From positions 68,886 to 132,885 of the forward strand of contig CAZPCB010000002.1 in assembly GCA_964585065.1 (NCBI GenBank): 64,000 nucleotides of DNA, written 5' to 3'. The DNA comes from an uncultured Candidatus Saccharibacteria bacterium. GTDB taxonomy: Bacteria > Patescibacteriota > Minisyncoccia > SW-4-49-11. The notes under the pieces were generated by a model, which saw nothing but the letters and a program-made list of their open reading frames with translations, did no database searches and was not told the DNA's origin. Shown here in pieces: positions 8,295 through 16,662 of this stretch (the stretch's first letter is position 1; every line of letters begins with the position of its first letter). The translations under genes were made by a program, and so were the position numbers.

Positions 8295-10298
8295 ATGCCA
8301 AAAGACAAAATTCATCCTATTCTTCAAGGACTTAATGATAAACAATTAGAAGCGGCTGAGACTATAGAAGGTCCTGTTTTAGTATTGGCTGGAGCGGGTT
8401 CAGGTAAAACATCTACGCTAACCAAGCGTATTGCCTATATGATTGCAAAAGGAATATCTCCCTATAGTATTTTAGCAGTAACATTCACCAATAAGGCTGC
8501 CAAAGAAATGAAGGAGCGAGTCAAACATTTGCTTGAGACTTCTTTTGGCGATAATGTGCCAGCCATGCCTATGGTGGGGACTTTTCACTCCGTTTGTCTG
8601 AATATTCTTCATCGAGAGGCTGAGGCTTTGGGCTATGATAAGTCATTTTTGATTTATGACACCACAGATAGCCAGAATATTATCAAGGATTTACTCAAAA
8701 AACGAGATATTCCAAAAGATCAGGTTAAGCCAGCTTCTATACAATATATTATCTCCAAAGCCAAAAATAATCTGATTACAGCCAGTCAATTTGCTGATTA
8801 TAATCCCACTACTCCCTTAGAGGAATTGGCCATTGAATTATATCAGGAATATCAGAAGCAATTGAGGAAGAACAATGCCATGGATTTTGATGATATTATT
8901 ATGAATACCGTAGTATTATTCAAAGAATTTGCGGATGTATTGGCAAGATATCAGGATAGATATCGCTATATTATGATTGATGAGTATCAGGATACCAATC
9001 AGGCTCAATATGAATTGGTAAAATTATTAGCCCTGAAGTACAAGAATCTCTGTGTGGTGGGAGATGATTTTCAGGCTATTTATTCTTGGCGAGGGGCTGA
9101 TTTTAAAAATATCTTGAATTTTGAAAAAGATTATAAAGATACCAAGGTGGTATTATTAGAGCAGAATTATCGCTCCACACAAATCATTTTGGATGCTGCT
9201 AATCAGGTTATAGATAAGAATACGCAAAAAAAGGATAAAAATCTTTGGACAGATAAAGAATCTGGAGAATTAATTCATTTGGTTGAAGCAGAGAATGAAT
9301 ATCAGGAAAGTTTATTTGTGGCACGTACTATCAAAGATTTGGTGGGTAGCGGTAAATATAGTTTATCAGGATTTGCTTGTCTGTATCGCACCAATGCTCA
9401 ATCTCGAGCTTTGGAAGAAGCCTTTTTGCAACTCCGAATCCCCTATCAAATTGTGGGTGGTACCAAATTCTATGAAAGAGCCGAAATCAAGGATCTTTTG
9501 GCTTATCTTAAGTTTTTATATAATACCAATGATACGGCTTCATTTCGGCGTATTATCAATGTACCAAAGCGATCAGTTGGTAAGGCGAGTATAGATAAAA
9601 TCTTATATGCTTATTCAGAAAGCAATGAAAATGAGCAAAATATCGATTTACTGGAATTATTGACTCATACAGACAAATATTCTCTCAAGATAACTGGAGG
9701 GGCTCGAAGAGGAATAATGGTCTTCTGTGAGCAAATTTTTGAGCTTAAGGGGGCTTTTGAGAGAGATAAGTATACATTATCTCAACTGGTAGCAGATATC
9801 TTAAAAATCACCCAATATACCAGCCATTGGGAAAAAAGCAAAGAAAATGAAGCTAGAATGGAATATATTGAGGAATTATTCACAGTAACGCAGAAATTTG
9901 ATAATCTTCCCGTAGAGGAAGCTTTGTATGAATTCTTACAGGAAACAGCATTATTATCCGATATTGATGGGATGAAGGCCTCTCAGGCAGTAACTTTGAT
10001 GACATATCATGCGGCTAAGGGGCTCGAATTCCCGGTAGTATTTATGATTGGTATGGAAGAAGGTATACTCCCCCATTCTCGTAGCCTCATCTCACATAAA
10101 GAATTAGAAGAAGAGCGTAGGCTTTGCTATGTGGGTATTACCAGGGCCAAGGATAAGCTTTATATGACATATACACAGCTTAGACGTATATTTGGGCAAA
10201 TTCAATCTAATCCCTCTTCACGATTTATTACTGAAATACCAGATCATCTTTTGGAGCAATTATCTCTCACCTATACTGATTATGATCCTGAATGGTAA
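8295..10298 (+). CDS. pcrA: ATP-dependent DNA helicase PcrA/UvrD family
   Basis: Walker A AGAGSGKTSTLT, DEYQDTN motif II, C-terminal YVGITRAK motif; 667 aa. Confidence 0.9.
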   Translation: MPKDKIHPILQGLNDKQLEAAETIEGPVLVLAGAGSGKTSTLTKRIAYMIAKGISPYSILAVTFTNKAAKEMKERVKHLLETSFGDNVPAMPMVGTFHSVCLNILHREAEALGYDKSFLIYDTTDSQNIIKDLLKKRDIPKDQVKPASIQYIISKAKNNLITASQFADYNPTTPLEELAIELYQEYQKQLRKNNAMDFDDIIMNTVVLFKEFADVLARYQDRYRYIMIDEYQDTNQAQYELVKLLALKYKNLCVVGDDFQAIYSWRGADFKNILNFEKDYKDTKVVLLEQNYRSTQIILDAANQVIDKNTQKKDKNLWTDKESGELIHLVEAENEYQESLFVARTIKDLVGSGKYSLSGFACLYRTNAQSRALEEAFLQLRIPYQIVGGTKFYERAEIKDLLAYLKFLYNTNDTASFRRIINVPKRSVGKASIDKILYAYSESNENEQNIDLLELLTHTDKYSLKITGGARRGIMVFCEQIFELKGAFERDKYTLSQLVADILKITQYTSHWEKSKENEARMEYIEELFTVTQKFDNLPVEEALYEFLQETALLSDIDGMKASQAVTLMTYHAAKGLEFPVVFMIGMEEGILPHSRSLISHKELEEERRLCYVGITRAKDKLYMTYTQLRRIFGQIQSNPSSRFITEIPDHLLEQLSLTYTDYDPEW

Positions 10299-10304
10299 AA
10301 ATTG

Positions 10305-10326
10305 ATATATATATATATATATATAT
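10305..10326. repeat. (AT)11 dinucleotide microsatellite
   Basis: Direct reading: atatatatatatatatatatat immediately after pcrA stop. Confidence 0.9.
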
Positions 10327-10378
10327 TGATATTTTGTACAATATGTACTACTATTACTGTAGTTAACTTGTTGCTTTT

Positions 10379-10537
10379 ATGTCTTCTCCTTTGTTCTTTC
10401 GTGTAGCTATCTTGGTTGTTGGAGGGTTATTCTCTGTCATCATAGCCTCCACCAGTTTCCCTTTTGGACTCATTGCTTTTTTCATAACACTTGTCGCACG
10501 GTTTTATATTGTCCGTGGCGGCAGCATAACTTTATAA
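10379..10537 (+). CDS. Small hydrophobic protein, 52 aa (MSSPLFFRVAILVVGGLFSVIIASTSFPFGLIAFFITLVARFYIVRGGSITL)
   Basis: Own translation; two predicted TM segments; followed by hairpin+T-run; below the 60-aa cutoff of the ORF track. Confidence 0.3.
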   Translation: MSSPLFFRVAILVVGGLFSVIIASTSFPFGLIAFFITLVARFYIVRGGSITL

Positions 10538-10566
10538 GCCCCTCTTCTTGAGTGGGCTTTTTTCAT
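10535..10566 (+). terminator. Terminator-like hairpin (AGCCCCTC..GAGTGGGCT + TTTTTTC)
   Basis: Imperfect GC stem followed by T6. Confidence 0.4.
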
Positions 10567-10608
10567 TTGTAAAACTGGATAATCTTTGCTATAATGCTCT
10601 TATATAGC

Positions 10609-10682
10609 GTCTCCGTAGCTCAATTGGATAGAGCAACAGCCTTCTAAGCTGTAGGTTATTGGTTCAATCCCAATCGGAGACA
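10609..10682 (+). tRNA. tRNA-Arg (anticodon TCT)
   Basis: Acceptor GTCTCCG/CGGAGAC, D-arm GCTC..GAGC, anticodon stem ACAGC/GCTGT loop CTTCTAA, T-arm ATTGG-TTCAATC-CCAAT; 74 nt. Confidence 0.8.
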
Positions 10683-10707
10683 CCGTTCAATTATTCAAAA
10701 CAAAATT

Positions 10708-12042
10708 ATGTCATATACTGAAAAACTAAAGACAATTGAGGATACAGTAGTAACTCCATATAAGCTTGCGCAAACAGATTCTTGGAAATTATTCAAGGTA
10801 ATGGCTGAATTTGTAGAGGGTTATGATTTGATGGCAAAATATAAAAATGAAGTTACTATATTTGGCTCAGCTCGTACTCATGAAGATGATCAATATTATA
10901 TAAAAGCTCGTAAACTCGGAGAATTATTGGGACTCAATGATTATACGGTGATTACCGGAGGTGGCCCTGGTATTATGGAGGCTGCTAATCGTGGGGCTTT
11001 TCAAGTGAAAGGAGATTCTATTGGGCTTGGTATTGAACTTCCCATGGAACAGCGTATTAATCCTTATGTTACTGACTCAGTTAATTTTAGCTATTTCTTT
11101 ACCCGCAAAGTAATGCTTACAAGTCCTTCTCAAGCTTTTGTGTATTTTCCTGGAGGATATGGAACTTTAGATGAATTATTTCAGGTGTTAAATGAAATAG
11201 CTCTTGGCTTTACACAAAGAGTTCCTGTTATTCTGGTGGGGCAGAAATTTTGGACTCCACTCATACAATTCTTACGAGATACTTGCCATTCTATTCTCGG
11301 AGCTATAAAAGCTGAAGATTTAGAAATGATTCATATTGTAGAAACAGCCGAAGAAGCCTTTGAAATTATTCGGAAAACTGAGGATTATCCTAATATATTA
11401 GCAACTTCATCTAATACGACCGCTATTGCGAGTGTAAATTGGCGAATATTTCGTATAATGGCAGAATTAGTAGAGGGGCTTGAATTCCTCGAATCTTTAC
11501 CCAAAAATGTGACTATACTTGGAAGTAATAAAGTGTCCCAAGATAGCCATTATTATCAGGATACTTATTCTATTGCACAGGAGCTTATAAAACATGATTT
11601 TAGTATTCTCACCGGAGGAGGTTTTGGTATAGCTGAAGCTGCTAATAAAGCTTCTTCGGAAGCAGAAAAATCAGCTTTTGCAACTCTTTTGCATCAAAAT
11701 GGAAAGACTATGAATAATTATGTCAGTGACTCTATTCATTTTAGATTCCCATTTACTCGGCAATTTATCTTAACAGGACCTACTAATCAATATTTGTTCT
11801 GTCCCGGGGGGCTTGGAACTCTGCATCAATTATTTGAGGTATTAACTCTCGTACAAACACATAAGGTAGATAAAACCCCGCTTATACTCTTTGATACTGA
11901 GTTCTGGAGGCCATTAGTAGAATATATCGATAAAGTATTTGCTCAAGAATACCGTACAATTAATCCAGATGATTTGAAGTTATTTACCCTTACTTTGAAT
12001 AAAGAAGAGGTATTAGCTGCTATATTAAAGAATAAGCAGTGA
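10708..12042 (+). CDS. Tandem-duplicated LOG family protein (two Rossmann-fold TIGR00730/LOG domains fused)
   Basis: Domain 1: IFGSARTHEDD, GGGPGIMEAANRGA, PGGYGTLDELFQVL (canonical). Domain 2: ILGSNKVSQDS, GGGFGIAEAANKAS, PGGLGTLHQLFEVL (DELFE changed to HQLFE). Confidence 0.75.
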   Translation: MSYTEKLKTIEDTVVTPYKLAQTDSWKLFKVMAEFVEGYDLMAKYKNEVTIFGSARTHEDDQYYIKARKLGELLGLNDYTVITGGGPGIMEAANRGAFQVKGDSIGLGIELPMEQRINPYVTDSVNFSYFFTRKVMLTSPSQAFVYFPGGYGTLDELFQVLNEIALGFTQRVPVILVGQKFWTPLIQFLRDTCHSILGAIKAEDLEMIHIVETAEEAFEIIRKTEDYPNILATSSNTTAIASVNWRIFRIMAELVEGLEFLESLPKNVTILGSNKVSQDSHYYQDTYSIAQELIKHDFSILTGGGFGIAEAANKASSEAEKSAFATLLHQNGKTMNNYVSDSIHFRFPFTRQFILTGPTNQYLFCPGGLGTLHQLFEVLTLVQTHKVDKTPLILFDTEFWRPLVEYIDKVFAQEYRTINPDDLKLFTLTLNKEEVLAAILKNKQ

Positions 12043-12112
12043 GTATAGTTGCAATTGGAGTGAGTTTTTGATAGAATATTCTAGACTTCCAAAGTCAGGA
12101 GGAATATTATGT

Positions 12113-12187
12113 GGTGGCCATAGTTTAGTGGTAAAACTTCGGGTTGTGGTTCCGACATCACGGGTTCAATCCCCGTTGGCCACCCCA
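12113..12187 (+). tRNA. tRNA-His (anticodon GTG) with encoded G-1 and 3' CCA
   Basis: G-1 + acceptor GTGGCCA/TGGCCAC, discriminator C, anticodon loop TTGTGGT, T-arm ACGGG-TTCAATC-CCCGT. Confidence 0.8.
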
Positions 12188-12238
12188 TAGTATTGCTCTT
12201 GCGGAAGCATCAGATTACTGATATACTACAACAAATGT

Positions 12239-12315
12239 GGGGGCGTAGCTCAGTTGGTTAGAGCGTCTGCCTGTCACGCAGAAGGTCACCGGTTCGAGCC
12301 CGGCCGTCCCCGCCA
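12239..12315 (+). tRNA. tRNA-Asp (anticodon GTC), 3' CCA encoded
   Basis: GGGGGCGTAGCTCAGTTGGTTAGAGC..CTGTCAC..TTCGAGC; close to canonical bacterial tRNA-Asp. Confidence 0.85.
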
Positions 12316-12321
12316 ATGAAG

Positions 12322-12347
12322 AAAACAGGTTTATCCTGTTTTTTTGT
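12322..12347 (+). terminator. Rho-independent terminator (AACAGG-TTTAT-CCTGTT + T7)
   Basis: Perfect 6-bp stem followed by TTTTTTT directly after tRNA-Asp. Confidence 0.7.
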
Positions 12348-12471
12348 TGGTAAAAGAGGGACGGCAGATGAGAAGGGGTCGGGAAACAGGAGTTTCCCGT
12401 GGCGGAAATACCAAAACCGAGGGGTTTTGGAAAACGGTTACGTTTTGGTTGTCCCCGCCAGAAATAAAGAG

Positions 12472-12500
12472 GAGAAGTTTTACTTCTCTTTTTTATTTAG
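12472..12500 (+). terminator. Rho-independent terminator (GAGAAG-TTTTA-CTTCTC + TTTTTTATTT)
   Basis: Hairpin plus T-run ending the GC-rich structured segment 12348-12465. Confidence 0.6.
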
Positions 12501-12616
12501 GGACGGCTGATACTGCCGAACACGAATAATGTGGATAAGTATACTTGAGAGGTAGTATAAAACATCATATAATAATATAAATTAAATTATATTATCATAT
12601 AAATGAATCAGGAGAC

Positions 12617-13528
12617 TTGTGGAGTAAGGTACAAAAATTATTAACAGAATATGAGGCGCCAAAGAGAACTGCATTATCAAAACAATATCCTTTTATTCAA
12701 AAGCCAATTTTATTTGTAAGACATACATCTCGTACGATATCTAATATTTTAGATTCTAAAATACGATGTTATCAGACGGAAGATTTTTTGCCAATGGTAG
12801 TTGCACGCCATCAATCGGTACTTAGGAGGAGGCTTGGTGATAGTGACTTGGAGCTACAAGAACAAAAGATAACTAATCTCAAACAGGCAATTAAACATTT
12901 AGATGGAGTAGTTATTGAACCGGGAAAAATATTTTCTTTATGGAAATTGATTGGGAAACCCACATATGACAAAGGATATGTAGATGGAATGTTACTTGCA
13001 AACGGGGCGGTTATCCCAGGTTTAGGGGGAGGATTATGTCAGCTCTCTAATTTTTTATACTGGATATTTTTACACACATCAATGCAAACTATAGAGAGAT
13101 ATCATCATTCTATGGATGTGTTCCCAGATTCAGGTAGAACATTGCCCTTTGGTGGCGGGGCGACTATATTGTATAATTTTATTGATCTAAAGTTAGAAAA
13201 TATATCAAATCAACCTCTTCAATTAAAAATATGGCTTACAGACACGCATCTTAAGGGACAAGTTCTAACCACAAAAAGAATTCCAGAAAAATACCATATT
13301 ATTGAAAAAAATCATTGTTTTGTAAAAAGGGGTGATATATATTTTCGATATAATGAAATTTTGAAGGAGTGTAGAGTAAATGGCGAAATACAGTCTACAG
13401 AATATGTTACGACAAATTTCGCACCAGTATTGTATAAAGTGACACCAGAATATATTCAAGAAAATAACTTCCAATTATTAGATTTTACCCATACAAATCT
13501 AAATGAGATATCTTTAACTCTTGCATAG
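12617..13528 (+). CDS. VanW-family protein (PF04294-like); TTG start per ORF track
   Basis: VanW signature region ANGAVIPGLGGGLCQLSNFLYW (GGGxCQxS..LY). Confidence 0.6.
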   Translation: MWSKVQKLLTEYEAPKRTALSKQYPFIQKPILFVRHTSRTISNILDSKIRCYQTEDFLPMVVARHQSVLRRRLGDSDLELQEQKITNLKQAIKHLDGVVIEPGKIFSLWKLIGKPTYDKGYVDGMLLANGAVIPGLGGGLCQLSNFLYWIFLHTSMQTIERYHHSMDVFPDSGRTLPFGGGATILYNFIDLKLENISNQPLQLKIWLTDTHLKGQVLTTKRIPEKYHIIEKNHCFVKRGDIYFRYNEILKECRVNGEIQSTEYVTTNFAPVLYKVTPEYIQENNFQLLDFTHTNLNEISLTLA

Positions 13529-13563
13529 ATAATTACAATCTGATATACTCTAATCTGTAATTA

Positions 13564-13636
13564 GGGCCTGTAGCTCATTTGGTAGAGCGCCTCGCTTGCA
13601 CCGAGGAGGTGGCTGGTTCGATCCCAGTCAGGTCCA
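13564..13636 (+). tRNA. tRNA-Ala (anticodon TGC) with G3:U70 identity pair
   Basis: Acceptor GGGCCTG/CAGGTCC giving G3-T70 wobble, anticodon loop CTTGCAC, T-loop TTCGATC. Confidence 0.85.
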
Positions 13637-13644
13637 CTAAGTAA

Positions 13645-13680
13645 ACAAAAAGAGGTTTTTCTAACCTCTTTTTGTTTTTG
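13645..13680. terminator. Bidirectional rho-independent terminator (AGAGGTT-TTTCT-AACCTCT flanked by A-run and T-run)
   Basis: 7-bp stem with A5 upstream and T5 downstream; sits between tRNA-Ala (+) and convergent minus-strand gene. Confidence 0.7.
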
Positions 13681-13689
13681 TAGATAATT

Positions 13690-14259
13690 TTATGCTAATA
13701 CATTAACCTTAGCTTTGATAAGAGAAGCAATTTCTAAGACCATAACCACACCAATGATAATGCTTTGCCAAGATACACCTTGTAATATCACATGTCCAAA
13801 AATTAACCACCCAATTATATAAGTAACTCTATGTAGTCTTTTCCAATTGGTTTTGAGCTTTTGCGTAGCCCAATTATTAGAGGTGAGGAACATCAGAAGG
13901 GTGAGAATCATTGCCAATACTCCAAATGCTTGATATAGGGGTAAATATACGGGTAATTTGTATTGAATTACTGGTATTACTTTCATTGCAAGATAATGGG
14001 TAAAAGCAGCCATAAACATCAATATACCAATTTGCCTCCGAACTGGTAATATGAGCTTGATGATTAAACTAAATTGCTTCGCAAGTCCAAATCGTTGAAT
14101 AATACTTGGTATAAGGGTTGTCACGAATAATAATAGGGCTATAGTACCAAATTTCTTCCCATAATCTGATCTTAAGGCAGGAGAAAGTGTGGCTAAGGGG
14201 ATAAATATTATAGGACTTATGTAGGTGAGCCAAATGATGATTTTATGTAAAGTTTTCAT
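13690..14259 (-). CDS. MsrQ/YedZ-like ferric-reductase-type transmembrane heme protein (orphan, no MsrP partner in window)
   Basis: Six TM layout; collinear similarity to E. coli MsrQ blocks: GTIALLLFVTTLIP, RRQIGILMFMAAFTHY, KLKTNWKRLHRVTYIIGWLIFGHV. Confidence 0.5.
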   Translation of the reverse strand: MKTLHKIIIWLTYISPIIFIPLATLSPALRSDYGKKFGTIALLLFVTTLIPSIIQRFGLAKQFSLIIKLILPVRRQIGILMFMAAFTHYLAMKVIPVIQYKLPVYLPLYQAFGVLAMILTLLMFLTSNNWATQKLKTNWKRLHRVTYIIGWLIFGHVILQGVSWQSIIIGVVMVLEIASLIKAKVNVLA

Positions 14260-14315
14260 ATATTTAAAATTATAAGGTTAGATTTAGTATACCACAGGGT
14301 AATACGATTTATAAT

Positions 14316-14343
14316 TACCAATGTTCCACGTGGAACATTGGTA
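14316..14343. promoter_or_regulatory. 28-bp perfect palindrome TACCAATGTTCCACGTGGAACATTGGTA in divergent intergenic region (copy 1 of 3)
   Basis: Direct reading; reverse complement identical; located between divergent genes 14259(-) and 14551(+). Confidence 0.5.
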
Positions 14344-14550
14344 GCTTACGACAAAAGGAGCTGAGCGCTCCTTTTGATATGTGATATTGAATTGTATTGC
14401 TTAAGCAGATTTATAATATACACCCAACCATCATAAATGTCAAGAGATAACATTTATATAAAAACTAATAATATATTGTTATAGATTTGCATTTTTATCA
14501 GATATTAGGTAGAATAAACAAAAATAGTCCATATATTACTTATTTTTGTA

Positions 14551-16362
14551 TTGTTTATGAATTCCCATATACGTAATCTTGCCATTATTGCCCATGTTGA
14601 TCATGGTAAAACCACTTTGATGGATGCTATTTTGCATCAAACTCAGATTTTTCGTGAAAATCAGGCTGTGCAGGAGCGTGTTATGGATTCTATGGATTTG
14701 GAGCGGGAAAAAGGTATTACTATTAGAGCGAAGAACGCCTCAGTTAGCTATAAGGATTATACTATTAATTTGATTGATACTCCTGGTCACGCTGATTTTG
14801 GAGGAGAAGTAGAGCGAGTACTTAAAATGGCTGATGGAGCCTTGCTTTTAGTAGATTCTAAAGAAGGACCAATGCCTCAAACTAAATTCGTGCTCAAAAA
14901 AGCTTTAGCTTTGGGGCTTCGAGTAGTGGTGGTAATTAATAAAATTGACCGGCCTGATGCTAATCCAGACTCTGTAGTGGATAAGACTTTTGATTTATTC
15001 GTGACGCTTAATGCGAATGACAAACAATTAGATTTTCCTATTGTATATGCTTCTGCTATTAATGGCTCTGCATCTCTCGAAATAGATCAAACAGGTAAGG
15101 ATTTAACTGAATTATTCGAGGTTATTGTAAATGAAATTCCAGCACCAACTTCTCCTATTGAGGATTCCTTTAGAATGCTTACCTTGAATCTTCAATTTGA
15201 TAAATTCAAAGGAACTATGGCTGTAGGGCGTATTGATGCGGGGAAAATTGTAAAAGGTATGTCAGTAGTGCGTATTGATAAAGCTGGTAATCAGACCAAA
15301 AATACTATTACGAGTTTGCTTCGATATAGTGGTATGGAACTTATTGATACAGATGAATTAATTGCAGGAGATATTGCTGTTATTGCGGGAATAGCTGGTA
15401 TTGAAATTGGAGATACTATTGCTGATGCGCAAAATCCAGTACAAATAGCTCCTATTGAAGTAGAAAGCCCAACTCTTCAAATGATGTTTGCGATTAATGA
15501 TAGTCCATTCTCAGGAAAAGAAGGAAAATATTCTACTTCTCGTATGATTCGAGATAGATTATACAAAGAACAAGAGACAAATATTAGTTTAAATATTGAA
15601 GATACTGCAAGTCCAGATAGATTTTTGGTAGCAGGACGAGGAGAGCTTCATTTAGCTGTTTTGATTGAGACTATGCGACGAGAAGGGTATGAATTCTCAG
15701 TGGGGCGACCTCAAGTAATTCTGAGAGATAATAATGGAGCTATAGAAGAGCCTTATGAGCTATTAAGTTTGGATGTGCCAGAAGAATATAGTGGTAAAAT
15801 TATTGAAGCTGTCAATAAGCGACAAGGAGAACTTGTGAATATGGAAATCAATGACCATAATGAGTCCCATATTGAATATAAGATTACTACACAGAATTTG
15901 ATTGGACTTAGAAGTATTCTCTTGACTCTTTCTAAGGGAACGGTAATTATGAATAGTTCTTTTCTAGAATATGGACCTCGAGTATCTAGTGGTAAAGGAC
16001 GGTCAACAGGGTCTATTGTGTCTCTGGAATTAGGGAAAATAACCAAATATGCTTTAGATGGAGCTTCAGATAGAGGGACTTTCTTTGTGACTGATGGAAC
16101 TGAAGTGTATCCTGGTATGGTGCTTGGAGAATCTAATCGTGAACAAGATGTAGAAATTAATCCTGTAAAGGCAAAGAAACTTACCAATATGCGTGCATCT
16201 GGATCTGATGATGGTGTATTTATAGCTCCACCAAAAGATATGTCTCTTGAGGCTAGTATTGAATATTTAGCTGATGATGAGCTTCTAGAGGTAACTCCAG
16301 AAAGCTTGAGAATTCGAAAAAGAGTATTAGACGCTAATGAACGCAAACGATCAAATAGATAA
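14551..16362 (+). CDS. typA: Translational GTPase TypA/BipA
   Basis: IAHVDHGKTTLMDAIL, DTPGHADFGGEVER, NKIDR; 603 aa. Confidence 0.9.
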   Translation: MFMNSHIRNLAIIAHVDHGKTTLMDAILHQTQIFRENQAVQERVMDSMDLEREKGITIRAKNASVSYKDYTINLIDTPGHADFGGEVERVLKMADGALLLVDSKEGPMPQTKFVLKKALALGLRVVVVINKIDRPDANPDSVVDKTFDLFVTLNANDKQLDFPIVYASAINGSASLEIDQTGKDLTELFEVIVNEIPAPTSPIEDSFRMLTLNLQFDKFKGTMAVGRIDAGKIVKGMSVVRIDKAGNQTKNTITSLLRYSGMELIDTDELIAGDIAVIAGIAGIEIGDTIADAQNPVQIAPIEVESPTLQMMFAINDSPFSGKEGKYSTSRMIRDRLYKEQETNISLNIEDTASPDRFLVAGRGELHLAVLIETMRREGYEFSVGRPQVILRDNNGAIEEPYELLSLDVPEEYSGKIIEAVNKRQGELVNMEINDHNESHIEYKITTQNLIGLRSILLTLSKGTVIMNSSFLEYGPRVSSGKGRSTGSIVSLELGKITKYALDGASDRGTFFVTDGTEVYPGMVLGESNREQDVEINPVKAKKLTNMRASGSDDGVFIAPPKDMSLEASIEYLADDELLEVTPESLRIRKRVLDANERKRSNR

Positions 16363-16375
16363 ATCAAAGTAAATG

Positions 16376-16408
16376 AAAAAGGAGGGCTGATATCAGCTCT
16401 CCTTTTGA
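16376..16408. terminator. Bidirectional terminator (GGAGGGCTGA-TA-TCAGCTCTCC with flanking A/T runs)
   Basis: 10-bp stem (one G:U) between convergent typA (+) and 78-aa ORF (-). Confidence 0.65.
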
Positions 16409-16423
16409 TTTGGTGGAGATAGG

Positions 16424-16660
16424 TTATCTCCGTTTAAGATGGTATCTTTTCTTTGACCGACTATATTTTAGGATTATGTACTTTAGAAGTTCATAGAACA
16501 AAACACCAAGCGGAAGAAATATCTCTTGAATACCTGCCTTGAAGGCTATCAGAGATTCTAAAACAGTCTTGAAGAGTTTTAATACCCAAAGTTTGCTTTT
16601 TCTCATCATGGTATTGAAAGATAACACCTCCAAAATAGCATAAAAATTTGAAAAATACAA
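16424..16660 (-). CDS. Hypothetical small basic protein (78 aa), possibly co-transcribed with the YvcK-like gene
   Basis: ORF abutting YvcK stop; no motif; could be spurious. Confidence 0.2.
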   Translation of the reverse strand: MYFSNFYAILEVLSFNTMMRKSKLWVLKLFKTVLESLIAFKAGIQEIFLPLGVLFYELLKYIILKYSRSKKRYHLKRR

Positions 16661-16662
16661 TA

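Noticed and set aside
12316-12529. Two overlapping ORFs (64 and 61 aa) right after tRNA-Asp
   Set aside because: They are in different frames over the same GC-rich hairpin-dense sequence and begin inside the tRNA CCA end; more consistent with structured RNA than coding.
16386-16401. Palindrome CTGATATCAG as possible operator
   Set aside because: It is the apex of the typA terminator hairpin with flanking A/T runs; structural, not a repeated motif.
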